Shown: positions 33,440 through 42,787 of the stretch, piece after piece | Position numbering within the stretch: position 1 is the stretch's first letter | Layout: the number at the start of each line of letters is the position of its first letter | Source: an uncultured bacterium | GTDB taxonomy: Bacteria > Oederibacteriota > PGYV01 > CAWJRG01 | DNA: 64,000 nt | NCBI GenBank assembly: GCA_963845185.1 | Contig: CAWJRG010000009.1 | Span: 64,001-128,000, forward strand | Direction: 5' to 3' | Position numbers and translations under genes: made by a program | The notes under the pieces: generated by a model | Seen by the model: only the letters and a program-made list of their open reading frames with translations | Told to the model about the DNA's origin: nothing | The model's database searches: none

Positions 33440-35400
33440 ATATACAATAACCTGTACGGCTACACCAGCATTGACAATAACTCCATTGACAAACATGTCG
33501 TTGTGGTCAAGCAGGACAGTAGGCACTGGAAATCTCGGTGCTGCGTATGACAAGGAACTGCACACAGGTGCGTGGATGCAGATAGGGGGAGTTTACAGAA
33601 GCATATTCATGACAGGCGGCAGCAGCGGAACGAGCTTGACAAACACTGCGGAATACACCAACGAGGGAGATGTATGGTACGCGAATGTAACATACACAGG
33701 AAATCCATTCCCTGCAATGCAGGGTGGGGCGATGTGTGCTGATGGTTCGTATTACTGGCTATTCGGCGGAAAAGATTCCAATAATAACCAGTTGAATGGC
33801 ATATACAAATCAATATCGGGTACGGTATGGGCAGCAGTTACGCCGGTAGCGACATTTACAGCCAGGTCATTCCACAAAGCGCTGTATTACAACAGTCACT
33901 ATTATATAATCGCCGGAGATAACGGTTCATTCCTGAAAGATGTGTGGAGTTCAAACGATGGAAAGACATGGTCGCAGGCAACAGCTAATGCGGCATTTGG
34001 AACAAGAAGGTTGTTCGCTGCATTTGTCTGGGATAACAGGATGTGGGTAGTAGGAGGAGAAGGTGCAGCGACAAACAACGTATGGTGGTCTTTAGATGGA
34101 ATAACATGGATAAAAACTGCAAGTGCAGGCGGTTATGACAATGCTTATGCACTACAGGGAATAAGCTACAACGGCGTTCCATATTTGTTCACGGACCAGG
34201 GACATATTTATGTAGGTACAATGTCTGATTTAAGCAGCTGGACGCAGGTGAGCACGACAAATTACACAAATCCCGGCAGTTTCGCCTGGGTAGGAATAGC
34301 AGGAAATACAGGAAATGCACATCTAGTGGTTGCTGGTGGCGGAAGCCAAGTATGCTGTGCGGAAATAAACGGAGGCACACCGACACTCTCGGCTACAGTT
34401 TCAAAAACATTAACAATATCCCCAACATGTACGAATACACCGACAAGTACGCCTACACACACAATAACCTGTACGGCGACACCTGCGTTGACGATAACGC
34501 CTCTGACAAACATGTCGTTGTGGTCAAGCAGGACGGTAGGCACTGGAAATCTCGGTGCTGCGTATGACAAGCAACTACATACAGGAGCATGGATGCAGAT
34601 AGGAGGCGTTTATAGAAGTATATTTTTAACCGGTGGCAGCAGCGGAACGAGCTTGACAAACACGGCAGAATATACAAACGAGGGAGATGTATGGTATGCA
34701 AATATAACATATACGGGAAATCCATTTCCTGCGATGCAGGGCGGAGCAATGTGTGCTGACGGCTCGAATTACTGGCTGTTTGGAGGGAAAAATTCCGGAG
34801 GAACCCAGTTGAATGGCATATACAAATCCTCAGATGGAAAAGTGTGGGCAGCGGTGACGCCGGTTGCGACATTTACGGCAAGGTCATTCCATAAGGCGCT
34901 GTATTACAACAACAACTATTATATAATTGCCGGAGATAACGGTTCGTTCCTGAAGGATGTGTGGAAATCCTCTGACGGCAAGACATGGTCATCAATAACA
35001 GCTAATGCAGCTTTTGGAATTAGGAGGCTGTTTGCGGCATTCGTATGGGATAACAGGATGTGGGTGGTGGGAGGAGAAGGTGTTTCGACTGACGTATGGT
35101 GGTCAATAGACGGTATAACGTGGATAGAAACGGCAAGTGCTGGCGGTTATGATAATGGCTATGCATTGCAGGGAATAAATTACAATGGCGTACCGTATTT
35201 GTTCACGGACCAAGGACATATTTATGTAGCTACGATGTCTGATTTAAGCAGTTGGACGCAGGTGAGCACGACAAATTACATAAATCCCGGCAATTTCGCA
35301 TGGGTAGGTATAGCCGGCAATACAACCAACCCGCACATAGTGGTAGCGGGCGGCGGCGGACAAGTCTGCTGTGCAGAAATAAATGGTGGCACACCAACAC
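33440..35400 (+). repeat. Tandem intragenic duplication, period 1017 bp (339 aa); an older third unit is split by the IS
   Basis: ACAATAACCTGTACGGC recurs at 33444 and 34461; translated units are near-identical. Confidence 0.85.
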
Positions 35401-35912
35401 TCTCGCCTACAATTTCAAAAACATCAACCATATCACCAACATCTACTATATCACCGACAAAAACTGTGACAATGACAATCACTGTTACAATGACAACTAC
35501 AATTGCCGCGGATATTTTTGCCGACAACCTAAAGAAACCTACGCTTACGCCGCAGGTGACTCCGCCTGAAAAAATATGTGAGAAGAATACGTACAACTTC
35601 CCGAATCCGTGCAATGGGCCGACAACAATAAGATTCTCCATGGATATGCCCGCAGATGTAAATATAGGAATATATGACATGAATGGCAAACTGGTTTGGA
35701 ACAAGAGCCTAAATGCAGGGGTGATTAATGAGGGCATAAACTATGTAATATGGGATTTGAAAAATGACGATGGTGTTGAAGTGTCAAACGGAGTATACTT
35801 TCTTGTGATCCAGGCAGAAGATAAGGTCGTAAAGAAAAAGATCGCCGTTATCAGGTGAGAGACAGAAAACAATAATGTTAAAACATTAAAGGCAGATTCA
35901 GTTAGTCAATAT

Positions 35913-35946
35913 AAGAAAGAGCGGATAGTAGTGTCCGCTTTTTCTT
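35913..35946 (+). terminator. Intrinsic terminator after the C25 gene
   Basis: AAGAAAGAGCGGATA-loop-TGTCCGCTTTTTCTT hairpin with T tract. Confidence 0.65.
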
Positions 35947-36055
35947 GTTTATAGCACGCATATTGTATTGCTATAAATTCTGAAATTATTAATGAAAAAC
36001 ACCTTCTTTTATGTTAAATTACTTCAAGTTTAATAAAAAAATAAAAAGGTCAAAA

Positions 36056-38431
36056 ATGCTAAAAAAAATTAAGGACGCTATAATATTATTAGTTTGTTTA
36101 ATTGGCATATTTCAATTGTATCTTTATACCATGGTTCCTGCGTTTAAGAGCAACGATTCGCCTGAAACAATAACTGCGTCATATACGCTAGGCTTTGGAC
36201 ATCCACCCAGTTATCCGCTATTTACAATGTCTGGAAAGGTGTTTTCGTTGTTGCCTGTCGGCTCGCCAGCCTTCAGGCTCAACTCATTTTCCATATTTCT
36301 TGCTTTGATGGTATTATTACTGTCTTATTTTATCATCAAACAAATTAGTTTCTATGTCTTCGGTTATGAAAATAAGATAATAAATTTTTTTGGCGTTTTT
36401 ATGCTTGCATTTTCTTATACCTTTTGGAACCAGGCAATTGAGGCAAAAGGCGGCATATATATATTTAATCTTTTTTTTCTAGCAATACTGATTTATTTGA
36501 GCCTGGAATTGTTTAAAGGATTTAATATTAGATATTTTTATCTTATGCCGTTCGTTTATGGGCTTTCGCTTGCCAATCACTGGCCGAGCATGATAATCCT
36601 TTCCCCTGTTTTTGGATACTTATTTTTTAGATACAGAGGGAAAATAAATCAGAAAAATATTATGACAATCTCATTGTTATTGCTCACCGGTTTAAGCCCG
36701 TATCTTTACATGCTGGCAAGAGGCGGAACAGACGGTATTTTTATTTTTACAGCAAGGCCAAATACATGGGACAATTTTTGGTGGACAGTATTAAGGGTCG
36801 GGTACGGCAACATCGAACCCCCTCCAACCTTACAACTATATGAAAATCAAATAAAAGAATTTTTCGCGCTTTTATTCAATAATTATTATATTCTGTGGAT
36901 TTTAATGTTTGCAGGCGGATATATCATGAATAAAAGGAATAAAAAACTTTTCTGGTTTTATTTAGGCGCAATTTTAATAATCATTTTTGCAGTCATTATT
37001 TACAATCGCACCGATGAAAGTTTGATGTGGGTTATCGATATTTTTCTTATCCCATCCCAATATATATTAATGTTATTTATTGTCACAGGCATATATTTAA
37101 TTCTAAAGCTTTTAAAACAAAAAATTTTCCGGTTCCTGTTTATATTTATTATTTTTATAACAATATTATTTATGGGATATAAGAATTTTGAAAAAAATAA
37201 CAGCAGGTACGATTTTCAGGCCTATGATTTTGGCTATAATATTTTAAAAACCATGGATAAGGATAGTTTATATCTTTGTGAAGGCGATTTTAATTATATG
37301 CCGTGTTCTTATATTCAGATGGTCGAAAAACAAAGACAGGATATAAAACTTGTAACCGTAGATCCTTTGCCTTTTAAGTGGGGAATGGATAATTTTACGA
37401 AAAAATATGGGAATATTCCGCTGAAGGAATTTGAACCTGTGTATAACTTGATTAGTATCATTAAATATTTTTCCGATAATAATATTGAAATATTTAAAAG
37501 TACTATTGCGCCACACATGGACGGATTAAAATTGGAATTAAATTTCAAACAAAAAGGATTGTTGAAAAAATATCTAAAAAATGACAAACCAATGTCGCCT
37601 GAAATATTCGAACTTTATTCTTACAATAGGGGATTATATGATAAATATATCGACTATAGCAGAATAACTTCAGAACTTGTTATGTGGTATCCTTATGGCA
37701 TGATGTCACAAGCTGATGATTTTTTATTTGAAAAGGAACCGGCCCAAGCAATACAACTTTATAAAAAAGCCCTGCTTTTCCCTTTTAAAAATGAAGTAAA
37801 AAATAGCGAATCGCATATTTATTATAATATGTCTTTTGCTTACAAATATTTGAATGATACAGATGACCAAATAAAGTATCTAAAAAAAACCATTGAAATA
37901 CAAAGAGATTATAACCAGGCTTACGAATTATTAGGCATGATTTATTACAATGAAAAGCTCTGGCCAATGGCAAAGGATATGTTTGAAAACGCAATAAAAT
38001 ACGGCAGTGAGAATAAGATGGTTTTACAACAGTATATAAATCAGATGGGATATATTGATATGCCAACACAACTTGAATCCTTATTTAATCAGGCTATTGC
38101 TTTATTGGCGGCCGGAAAGTATTTAAAGGCAATGGATTATTTTGATTTTTTACTCGAATACAGTTATAAGGCAAATGAAATATATAAAAATATAGGGGTA
38201 TATAATTTTAAAAACAATAATTTTGAAGAAGCATTAAAATATTTTCAGGAAGCAAGAGAATGGGATAAAACCGTAGGAATTTATGGATATATTGCATACA
38301 CATATTATAAATTAGGACAAACAGATAAAGCATTAGATACTTTAAAAGAAGGTATACAAACAGACGGAAACGACCCGCAACTGGTGAATTTATACAACCA
38401 AATTGAGCAGGCGGGAAAGAAAGAAAAATAA
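36056..38431 (+). CDS. DUF2723/TMEM260-like GT-C glycosyltransferase with TPRs, copy 3
   Basis: NDSPE..LGFGHPPSYPL, AIEAKGGIY, GLSLANHW, CEGD; start chosen by alignment to copy 1 (MLKK); shares GNDPQLVNLYNQIEQ end with copy 1. Confidence 0.85.
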   Translation: MLKKIKDAIILLVCLIGIFQLYLYTMVPAFKSNDSPETITASYTLGFGHPPSYPLFTMSGKVFSLLPVGSPAFRLNSFSIFLALMVLLLSYFIIKQISFYVFGYENKIINFFGVFMLAFSYTFWNQAIEAKGGIYIFNLFFLAILIYLSLELFKGFNIRYFYLMPFVYGLSLANHWPSMIILSPVFGYLFFRYRGKINQKNIMTISLLLLTGLSPYLYMLARGGTDGIFIFTARPNTWDNFWWTVLRVGYGNIEPPPTLQLYENQIKEFFALLFNNYYILWILMFAGGYIMNKRNKKLFWFYLGAILIIIFAVIIYNRTDESLMWVIDIFLIPSQYILMLFIVTGIYLILKLLKQKIFRFLFIFIIFITILFMGYKNFEKNNSRYDFQAYDFGYNILKTMDKDSLYLCEGDFNYMPCSYIQMVEKQRQDIKLVTVDPLPFKWGMDNFTKKYGNIPLKEFEPVYNLISIIKYFSDNNIEIFKSTIAPHMDGLKLELNFKQKGLLKKYLKNDKPMSPEIFELYSYNRGLYDKYIDYSRITSELVMWYPYGMMSQADDFLFEKEPAQAIQLYKKALLFPFKNEVKNSESHIYYNMSFAYKYLNDTDDQIKYLKKTIEIQRDYNQAYELLGMIYYNEKLWPMAKDMFENAIKYGSENKMVLQQYINQMGYIDMPTQLESLFNQAIALLAAGKYLKAMDYFDFLLEYSYKANEIYKNIGVYNFKNNNFEEALKYFQEAREWDKTVGIYGYIAYTYYKLGQTDKALDTLKEGIQTDGNDPQLVNLYNQIEQAGKKEK

Positions 38432-38442
38432 AGCAAATCTGC

Positions 38443-38877
38443 TTATTTTATTTTTTTTGCCGGCAATGTATTTGAAGCTCCGTTCACATCACCCTCAAGC
38501 TGTTTAACCCACGCGTTATATTCAGGCTCGACTTCTTTTAAGCGTTCCTTTGCCTTTTTCACCCACTCGCTCTCCGGTGGGGTAAATAAATCAACAACAG
38601 TCTTATATTGAACATAAGCGTTTTTAAGGGAATTGTCATCCATAAGGAACTCATACTCGTTTTCGGTAATTTGTTTTTTATCAAGCTCGTCTTTGTAATA
38701 GGTGGCTTTTGCTTCCGGATTCTTATAAAAATTAAGAAACTTTTCGCCTTCCAGATATTCGCGTTTTGCCCTTCTCATGACGTCAAAATCAGCCAGCAGG
38801 AAAAATATTATTAAAGTAATCATTACTAAACCGGCTATAAAAAGGTATTCCTTGTTCTTTTCCTTGTTTTCAAACAT
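38443..38877 (-). CDS. Hypothetical single-TM protein; paralog of 18841-19269
   Basis: MFENKEKNKEYLFIAGLV..; TAAGGAGG RBS. Confidence 0.8.
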   Translation of the reverse strand: MFENKEKNKEYLFIAGLVMITLIIFFLLADFDVMRRAKREYLEGEKFLNFYKNPEAKATYYKDELDKKQITENEYEFLMDDNSLKNAYVQYKTVVDLFTPPESEWVKKAKERLKEVEPEYNAWVKQLEGDVNGASNTLPAKKIK

Positions 38878-38909
38878 GATAGTTGTCCTCCTTATAATTT
38901 TATGGGCAA

Positions 38910-38938
38910 ATTATAGAATAGAAAATATAATTTGTCAA
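38910..38938 (-). promoter_or_regulatory. Sigma70-type promoter
   Basis: TTGACA-17 nt-TATAAT on the minus strand. Confidence 0.75.
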
Positions 38939-39203
38939 CAATCGTACTTCTGGATGATTTCGGGGAAGGGTTTTGAGGCCCTGTGCCGCTACGGCGGCCA
39001 ATATTATAAATTAATTTATGGATTTTTAACGTACAAAATTATCCTTTATATTTCATTTGATTGATTTAGCAAAATGACGGATTCTTCGGAAGTCAACCAT
39101 GATTTCAAAAAACAGGTTTTGAAATTCATCCTGTCCTGTCTGCAAAAAAATCAAAGACTTTATTAAAACTTTCCGGATAAGGCCTGAAAAAAAAGTTACC
39201 GGC

Positions 39204-39230
39204 TAAAGTTTACAAAATAATAACCGATAT
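39204..39230 (+). promoter_or_regulatory. Sigma28/SigD-like promoter candidate
   Basis: TAAA-15 nt-ACCGATAT versus consensus TAAA-N15-GCCGATAW. Confidence 0.45.
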
Positions 39231-39317
39231 ATAAACCAAAGGAGGCACTGGCACCAATGAAAACAGGCCTGATACGGAAAAATACCGCAAAATCAAAGGG
39301 GATAATCAAATTCGAGG

Positions 39318-39346
39318 TTGACACCCCAATGGAATTAAATTATAAT
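39318..39346 (+). promoter_or_regulatory. Consensus sigma70 promoter
   Basis: TTGACA-17 nt-TATAAT, 32 nt before ATG 39379. Confidence 0.75.
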
Positions 39347-39378
39347 TGTTATAACAAAACTCGGAAAGGAGTTTTACT

Positions 39379-40980
39379 ATGAAAAAAACACTCTTTCTAT
39401 TATTATTCCTGATACTGACAATCCCTTCATCACTGCTGCTGGCAGGCACCACTGGTCTTGTAAATGATTTTGAAGGGATTGATTCGGCAAACGGGCAGTG
39501 GCCTCCGACAGGAACATATAATGACATTTCAGCATGGGCAGCGGTATCGGTTTTTCCAAATCCCACACCTGTTTTCTGGCCATACTATCAGGACATAGCA
39601 ACACAGGGAGCTGACGCAGGTGCACCAGCTGCACCGCCAAATGGTAATGATATGATGAGAATTATATGGGATTACAGAACTTCTTATCTATGTTTAACCT
39701 TTACTTGTTTTGAGAATGCAACACAACCAAATCAAAAGAACTGGTCAAATTATGATTATATAAATTTTGTATTCGCTTCTAATCTGAGTGTTAATGGAAA
39801 GCCAAATGCTTCTCAATATGTAACAATTCTTGATGGAGCTGGAGGAGCAACTTCCGTTACTTTTACAACAATAAACAATGAACTGCCTATTATGGCCGTG
39901 ACTGATACAGCAGGAACTTGTGTGATGAATCAGCATCTGGCAGTATCAATGAATTACTTAGCAAATTATTATGATACTACTATAGGCAGATATTTTGACC
40001 CAACCAATATAAGTTCTTTTACAATAAATGCACCTGATATGACATATTCAGGTAATGAGATTGTCATGTATTATGATTATTTGACGCTTGGCGCACATTC
40101 AGGTTCAACGCCTTTTTGGAGTAATCCGCCTTCAGGGGTTACTGTTACTACTATTGGTACTATGCCGTTATGGACAAGTGTAAATATCAGCTGGACTGCA
40201 CCGGCTCCGACTACGGGACAATGTCCTATTACAGGATATCATATTTATAGGACAATTGGAAATGCAGGTTCAGCGGCTGGACCGTGGGTTTCGGTGGCAA
40301 TAGTACCTAATACTGTAAGTTTTACTCCAGATGCTTATCCTTATAATAATTTTGCAAGTACGGGAGGAACGTTTTGTTATAAAGTTTTAACATTGGATAA
40401 CGGGCCTGCAAACATAGGCTCGACAGGTTCAGGGGATATAATTTCAAACACAATAAATGCGACATTTGACGAGGCACCTTTAGCCAATGCAAATGCAGTG
40501 TGTATAACCCTTCCCCCTGTGCCGACAAACACTTCAACGCCTTGCCCTTTGTGCTCGCCGACAAATACACCTGCAGGTTGCGGGCCGCCAATTTGTACTG
40601 TAACTTTTACAGTTACTATGACGCCTATGCCGACCGCGACCGTCTGCGTGGGGTGCAATTTTAATAATGTCTATGTTTATCCCAATCCGTTTAATCCAAA
40701 TATGGGAACGCGGACATTTCATGTCGGCAATGTAGCAACTGGAACCAAGGTGTATATTTATGATATGGCAGGACAGCTTGTAAATGAGGGTGTGGTAGCA
40801 GCTACCAACGACCCGGCTTGTACTACATGTTACGAATGGGATGGAAAGAATAAAAACAATACTCTTGTCGTGACAGGGCTTTATTTTGTTGTGCTGGAAA
40901 GCGCGGACAACAAGACAACAAAAGTGCAAAGGGTTACTGTCTGTCACAAATGCAACCCTGTTTATATTCCGGGCCAATAA
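39379..40980 (+). CDS. Secreted protein: carbohydrate-binding-like N-domain, FN3-like domain, Cys/Thr/Pro linker, FlgD/T9SS-like tail
   Basis: Signal peptide; ISWTAP..ITGYHIYR..YKV; NVYVYPNPFNP..IYDMAGQLV..WDGKN..VTGLYFVV. Confidence 0.8.
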   Translation: MKKTLFLLLFLILTIPSSLLLAGTTGLVNDFEGIDSANGQWPPTGTYNDISAWAAVSVFPNPTPVFWPYYQDIATQGADAGAPAAPPNGNDMMRIIWDYRTSYLCLTFTCFENATQPNQKNWSNYDYINFVFASNLSVNGKPNASQYVTILDGAGGATSVTFTTINNELPIMAVTDTAGTCVMNQHLAVSMNYLANYYDTTIGRYFDPTNISSFTINAPDMTYSGNEIVMYYDYLTLGAHSGSTPFWSNPPSGVTVTTIGTMPLWTSVNISWTAPAPTTGQCPITGYHIYRTIGNAGSAAGPWVSVAIVPNTVSFTPDAYPYNNFASTGGTFCYKVLTLDNGPANIGSTGSGDIISNTINATFDEAPLANANAVCITLPPVPTNTSTPCPLCSPTNTPAGCGPPICTVTFTVTMTPMPTATVCVGCNFNNVYVYPNPFNPNMGTRTFHVGNVATGTKVYIYDMAGQLVNEGVVAATNDPACTTCYEWDGKNKNNTLVVTGLYFVVLESADNKTTKVQRVTVCHKCNPVYIPGQ

Positions 40981-41013
40981 ATTAATTGTATAAAAATTAT
41001 TAAGGAGATACTT

Positions 41014-42504
41014 ATGAAAAAAGCATTGTTGGTAATGTGTCTGTTGTTCGCAGGCATCAGTATATACGCTTCTGAATACGGCGGCGTTGTGGCAGCGCCT
41101 TACCTTAATCTCGGCGTTGGCGCGCGGCCGTGCGGCATGGGCGAGGCTTACATAGCCCTTGTTGACAATGTTGACGCTGTCTGGTGGAACGCGGGCGCCC
41201 TTGTGCAGGTTGAAAACCCCGAGTTTACTTTTATGCATAACCAGGCATTCGGCGGGACAAATTACGAGTATTTCGCTTTTGCAGAGCCTGCTTCACAGCT
41301 TGGCCTTGACATCTGGGGCACGATAGGCATAACAGCCCTGCTTGTGCGCGTTGAAGATATTACTTTTACAAAAGAAAATCCTGACGGGAGTTATTCGCAG
41401 GAATTCGCTGCTCAAAATAATGTTTACAGCTCAGGCGGCACTGTACTCGGCATAGCTTACAGCTGGCAGGCGGCAAAAATGTTCGCTGCAGGCGCCACAC
41501 TCAAATTAATCAACCAGCAGGTTGCTTCGGAAGACGGCTGGGTGCCGGCTATTGATATCGGCATCTTAACCCAGACCAATTTGACAGGTTTTAACCTCGG
41601 CCTTGTGTTCCAGAATATTAGTTTTACAACTTTAAACGGCGCGCCTCTTCCCATGAACCTGAAATTCGGCGTGGCGTACAAGCTGCCCCGCCTTTTTTCA
41701 TCCGAGCTTAACCCAAAGGATTTTTTAAACCTGGCACTTGACGGCATTTTGCCGATCAATCCGCCAAACCTGCCTTTTGGCCTGCAGGCCGGATTTGAAT
41801 ACGGCGGCAACCTTGATGACTGGGTACTGGTGGGAAGGGCAGGATACAGGTTTAACGGCAACCAATTCATAAGCGACCTGGGAGCTGTCGCGGGCATGAC
41901 CGTGGGCGGCGGCATAAGCAAAAACTTTTCAGGGGTTGACGCGGCAATTGACTACGCTTTCATACCTTACGGCATACTCGGCATGACAAACAGGATAAGC
42001 ATGACAATACTTGTGGGCCAGCCCACGCCTGTCCCGACAATGATTGGCCCGAAGCCGCCGAAAGTCGCTGCAGCAACCGCACAGACGCAAAAGGTGGTTG
42101 TGACCTGGAGCAATGAGCAGGCAGGCAAAGTAAAAGGATACAATATTTATATGAGCTACCAGGCAGGCGGCAAGTATTATAAGCTCACGCCAAACCCGGT
42201 GGATAAATACATGCTCGATGTCAAGCCTCTGAAAGCGGGAATAAGGAGCTTTTTTGTCGTGACAACAGTGGACAAAGCAGGCAGGGAGAGCAAGTACTCG
42301 AGCGAGGTATCAGCGGTCCCGAAAGGCGGGGGCGCGGGTTTTGTGCCGCCTCCATTGCCTTCAAAAACAACAAGCTATATCAAAGGCTCGGGCGCAAGCA
42401 AGAAAACATCAGCAAAGGGAAAAAGCTCAAAGACAAGCAAGACAAAATCAACAAAGTCAAGCTCGACCAAAAAGAAGAAAAAGAAGACTACAACGACGCA
42501 ATAA
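41014..42504 (+). CDS. PorV/PorQ-family outer-membrane beta-barrel with C-terminal FN3 domain and Lys/Ser-rich tail
   Basis: YLNLGVGARPCGMGEAYIALVDNVDAVWWNAGAL N-terminal signature; IDYAFIPYGILG..RIS barrel end; KGYNIY..VDKAGRESKYS FN3. Confidence 0.8.
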   Translation: MKKALLVMCLLFAGISIYASEYGGVVAAPYLNLGVGARPCGMGEAYIALVDNVDAVWWNAGALVQVENPEFTFMHNQAFGGTNYEYFAFAEPASQLGLDIWGTIGITALLVRVEDITFTKENPDGSYSQEFAAQNNVYSSGGTVLGIAYSWQAAKMFAAGATLKLINQQVASEDGWVPAIDIGILTQTNLTGFNLGLVFQNISFTTLNGAPLPMNLKFGVAYKLPRLFSSELNPKDFLNLALDGILPINPPNLPFGLQAGFEYGGNLDDWVLVGRAGYRFNGNQFISDLGAVAGMTVGGGISKNFSGVDAAIDYAFIPYGILGMTNRISMTILVGQPTPVPTMIGPKPPKVAAATAQTQKVVVTWSNEQAGKVKGYNIYMSYQAGGKYYKLTPNPVDKYMLDVKPLKAGIRSFFVVTTVDKAGRESKYSSEVSAVPKGGGAGFVPPPLPSKTTSYIKGSGASKKTSAKGKSSKTSKTKSTKSSSTKKKKKKTTTTQ

Positions 42505-42534
42505 ATTTGCGCAGTATATTATAGATAAATTAAG

Positions 42535-42562
42535 GCAGAGGCACGCAGTAGCGTGCCTCTGC
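42535..42562. repeat. REP-like palindrome
   Basis: GCAGAGGCACGC-AGTA-GCGTGCCTCTGC; related to 54134-54161. Confidence 0.65.
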
Positions 42563-42685
42563 AATTTAATGGTGACAAATAATTCTTGACAACTCGTTTA
42601 GTATTTCATAAAATCAACTTAATTTATTAGGTGGCAAATGATAATATTCCATGGGAAAAACAACAAAAGATTTAAATATAAAGAT

Positions 42686-42774
42686 ATACTGCATGTCCCG
42701 GACTTATAGCCGGGACTTAAATAAGATATCGTAATGTTTTGTTGTTGCATTCGATCCGACAGAATAAACACTAC
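42686..42774 (+). repeat. Two-hairpin intergenic repeat element, degenerate copy D
   Basis: ATACTGCATGTCCCGG..CCGGGACTT..AAGATATCGTAATGTTTTGT..ACAGAATAAAC, immediately before the TAGGAG RBS. Confidence 0.6.
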
Positions 42775-42787
42775 TAGGAGACAAATA

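Larger units (their letters stand above)
24900..35858 (+). pseudogene. Giant gingipain-like C25 cysteine peptidase with propeptide, six beta-propeller-like modules, Thr-rich linkers and FlgD/T9SS-like tail; interrupted by IS110 (31271-32546) and a 1-nt frameshift near 28529
   Basis: GEPLLP propeptide; EFANWKIQKG, YVLLGGD, SDFYYA, VSRAP, GHG, TACETG, GDPTL; three PYVAY propellers plus three Kelch-like (WDNRMWVVGG) units; removing the IS and adding one C gives one frame of 3227 codons. Confidence 0.85.

Noticed and set aside
33440..35400. Diversity-generating retroelement template/variable pair
   Set aside because: Both copies are in-frame coding units, differences are not adenine-specific by eye, and there is no reverse transcriptase in the window
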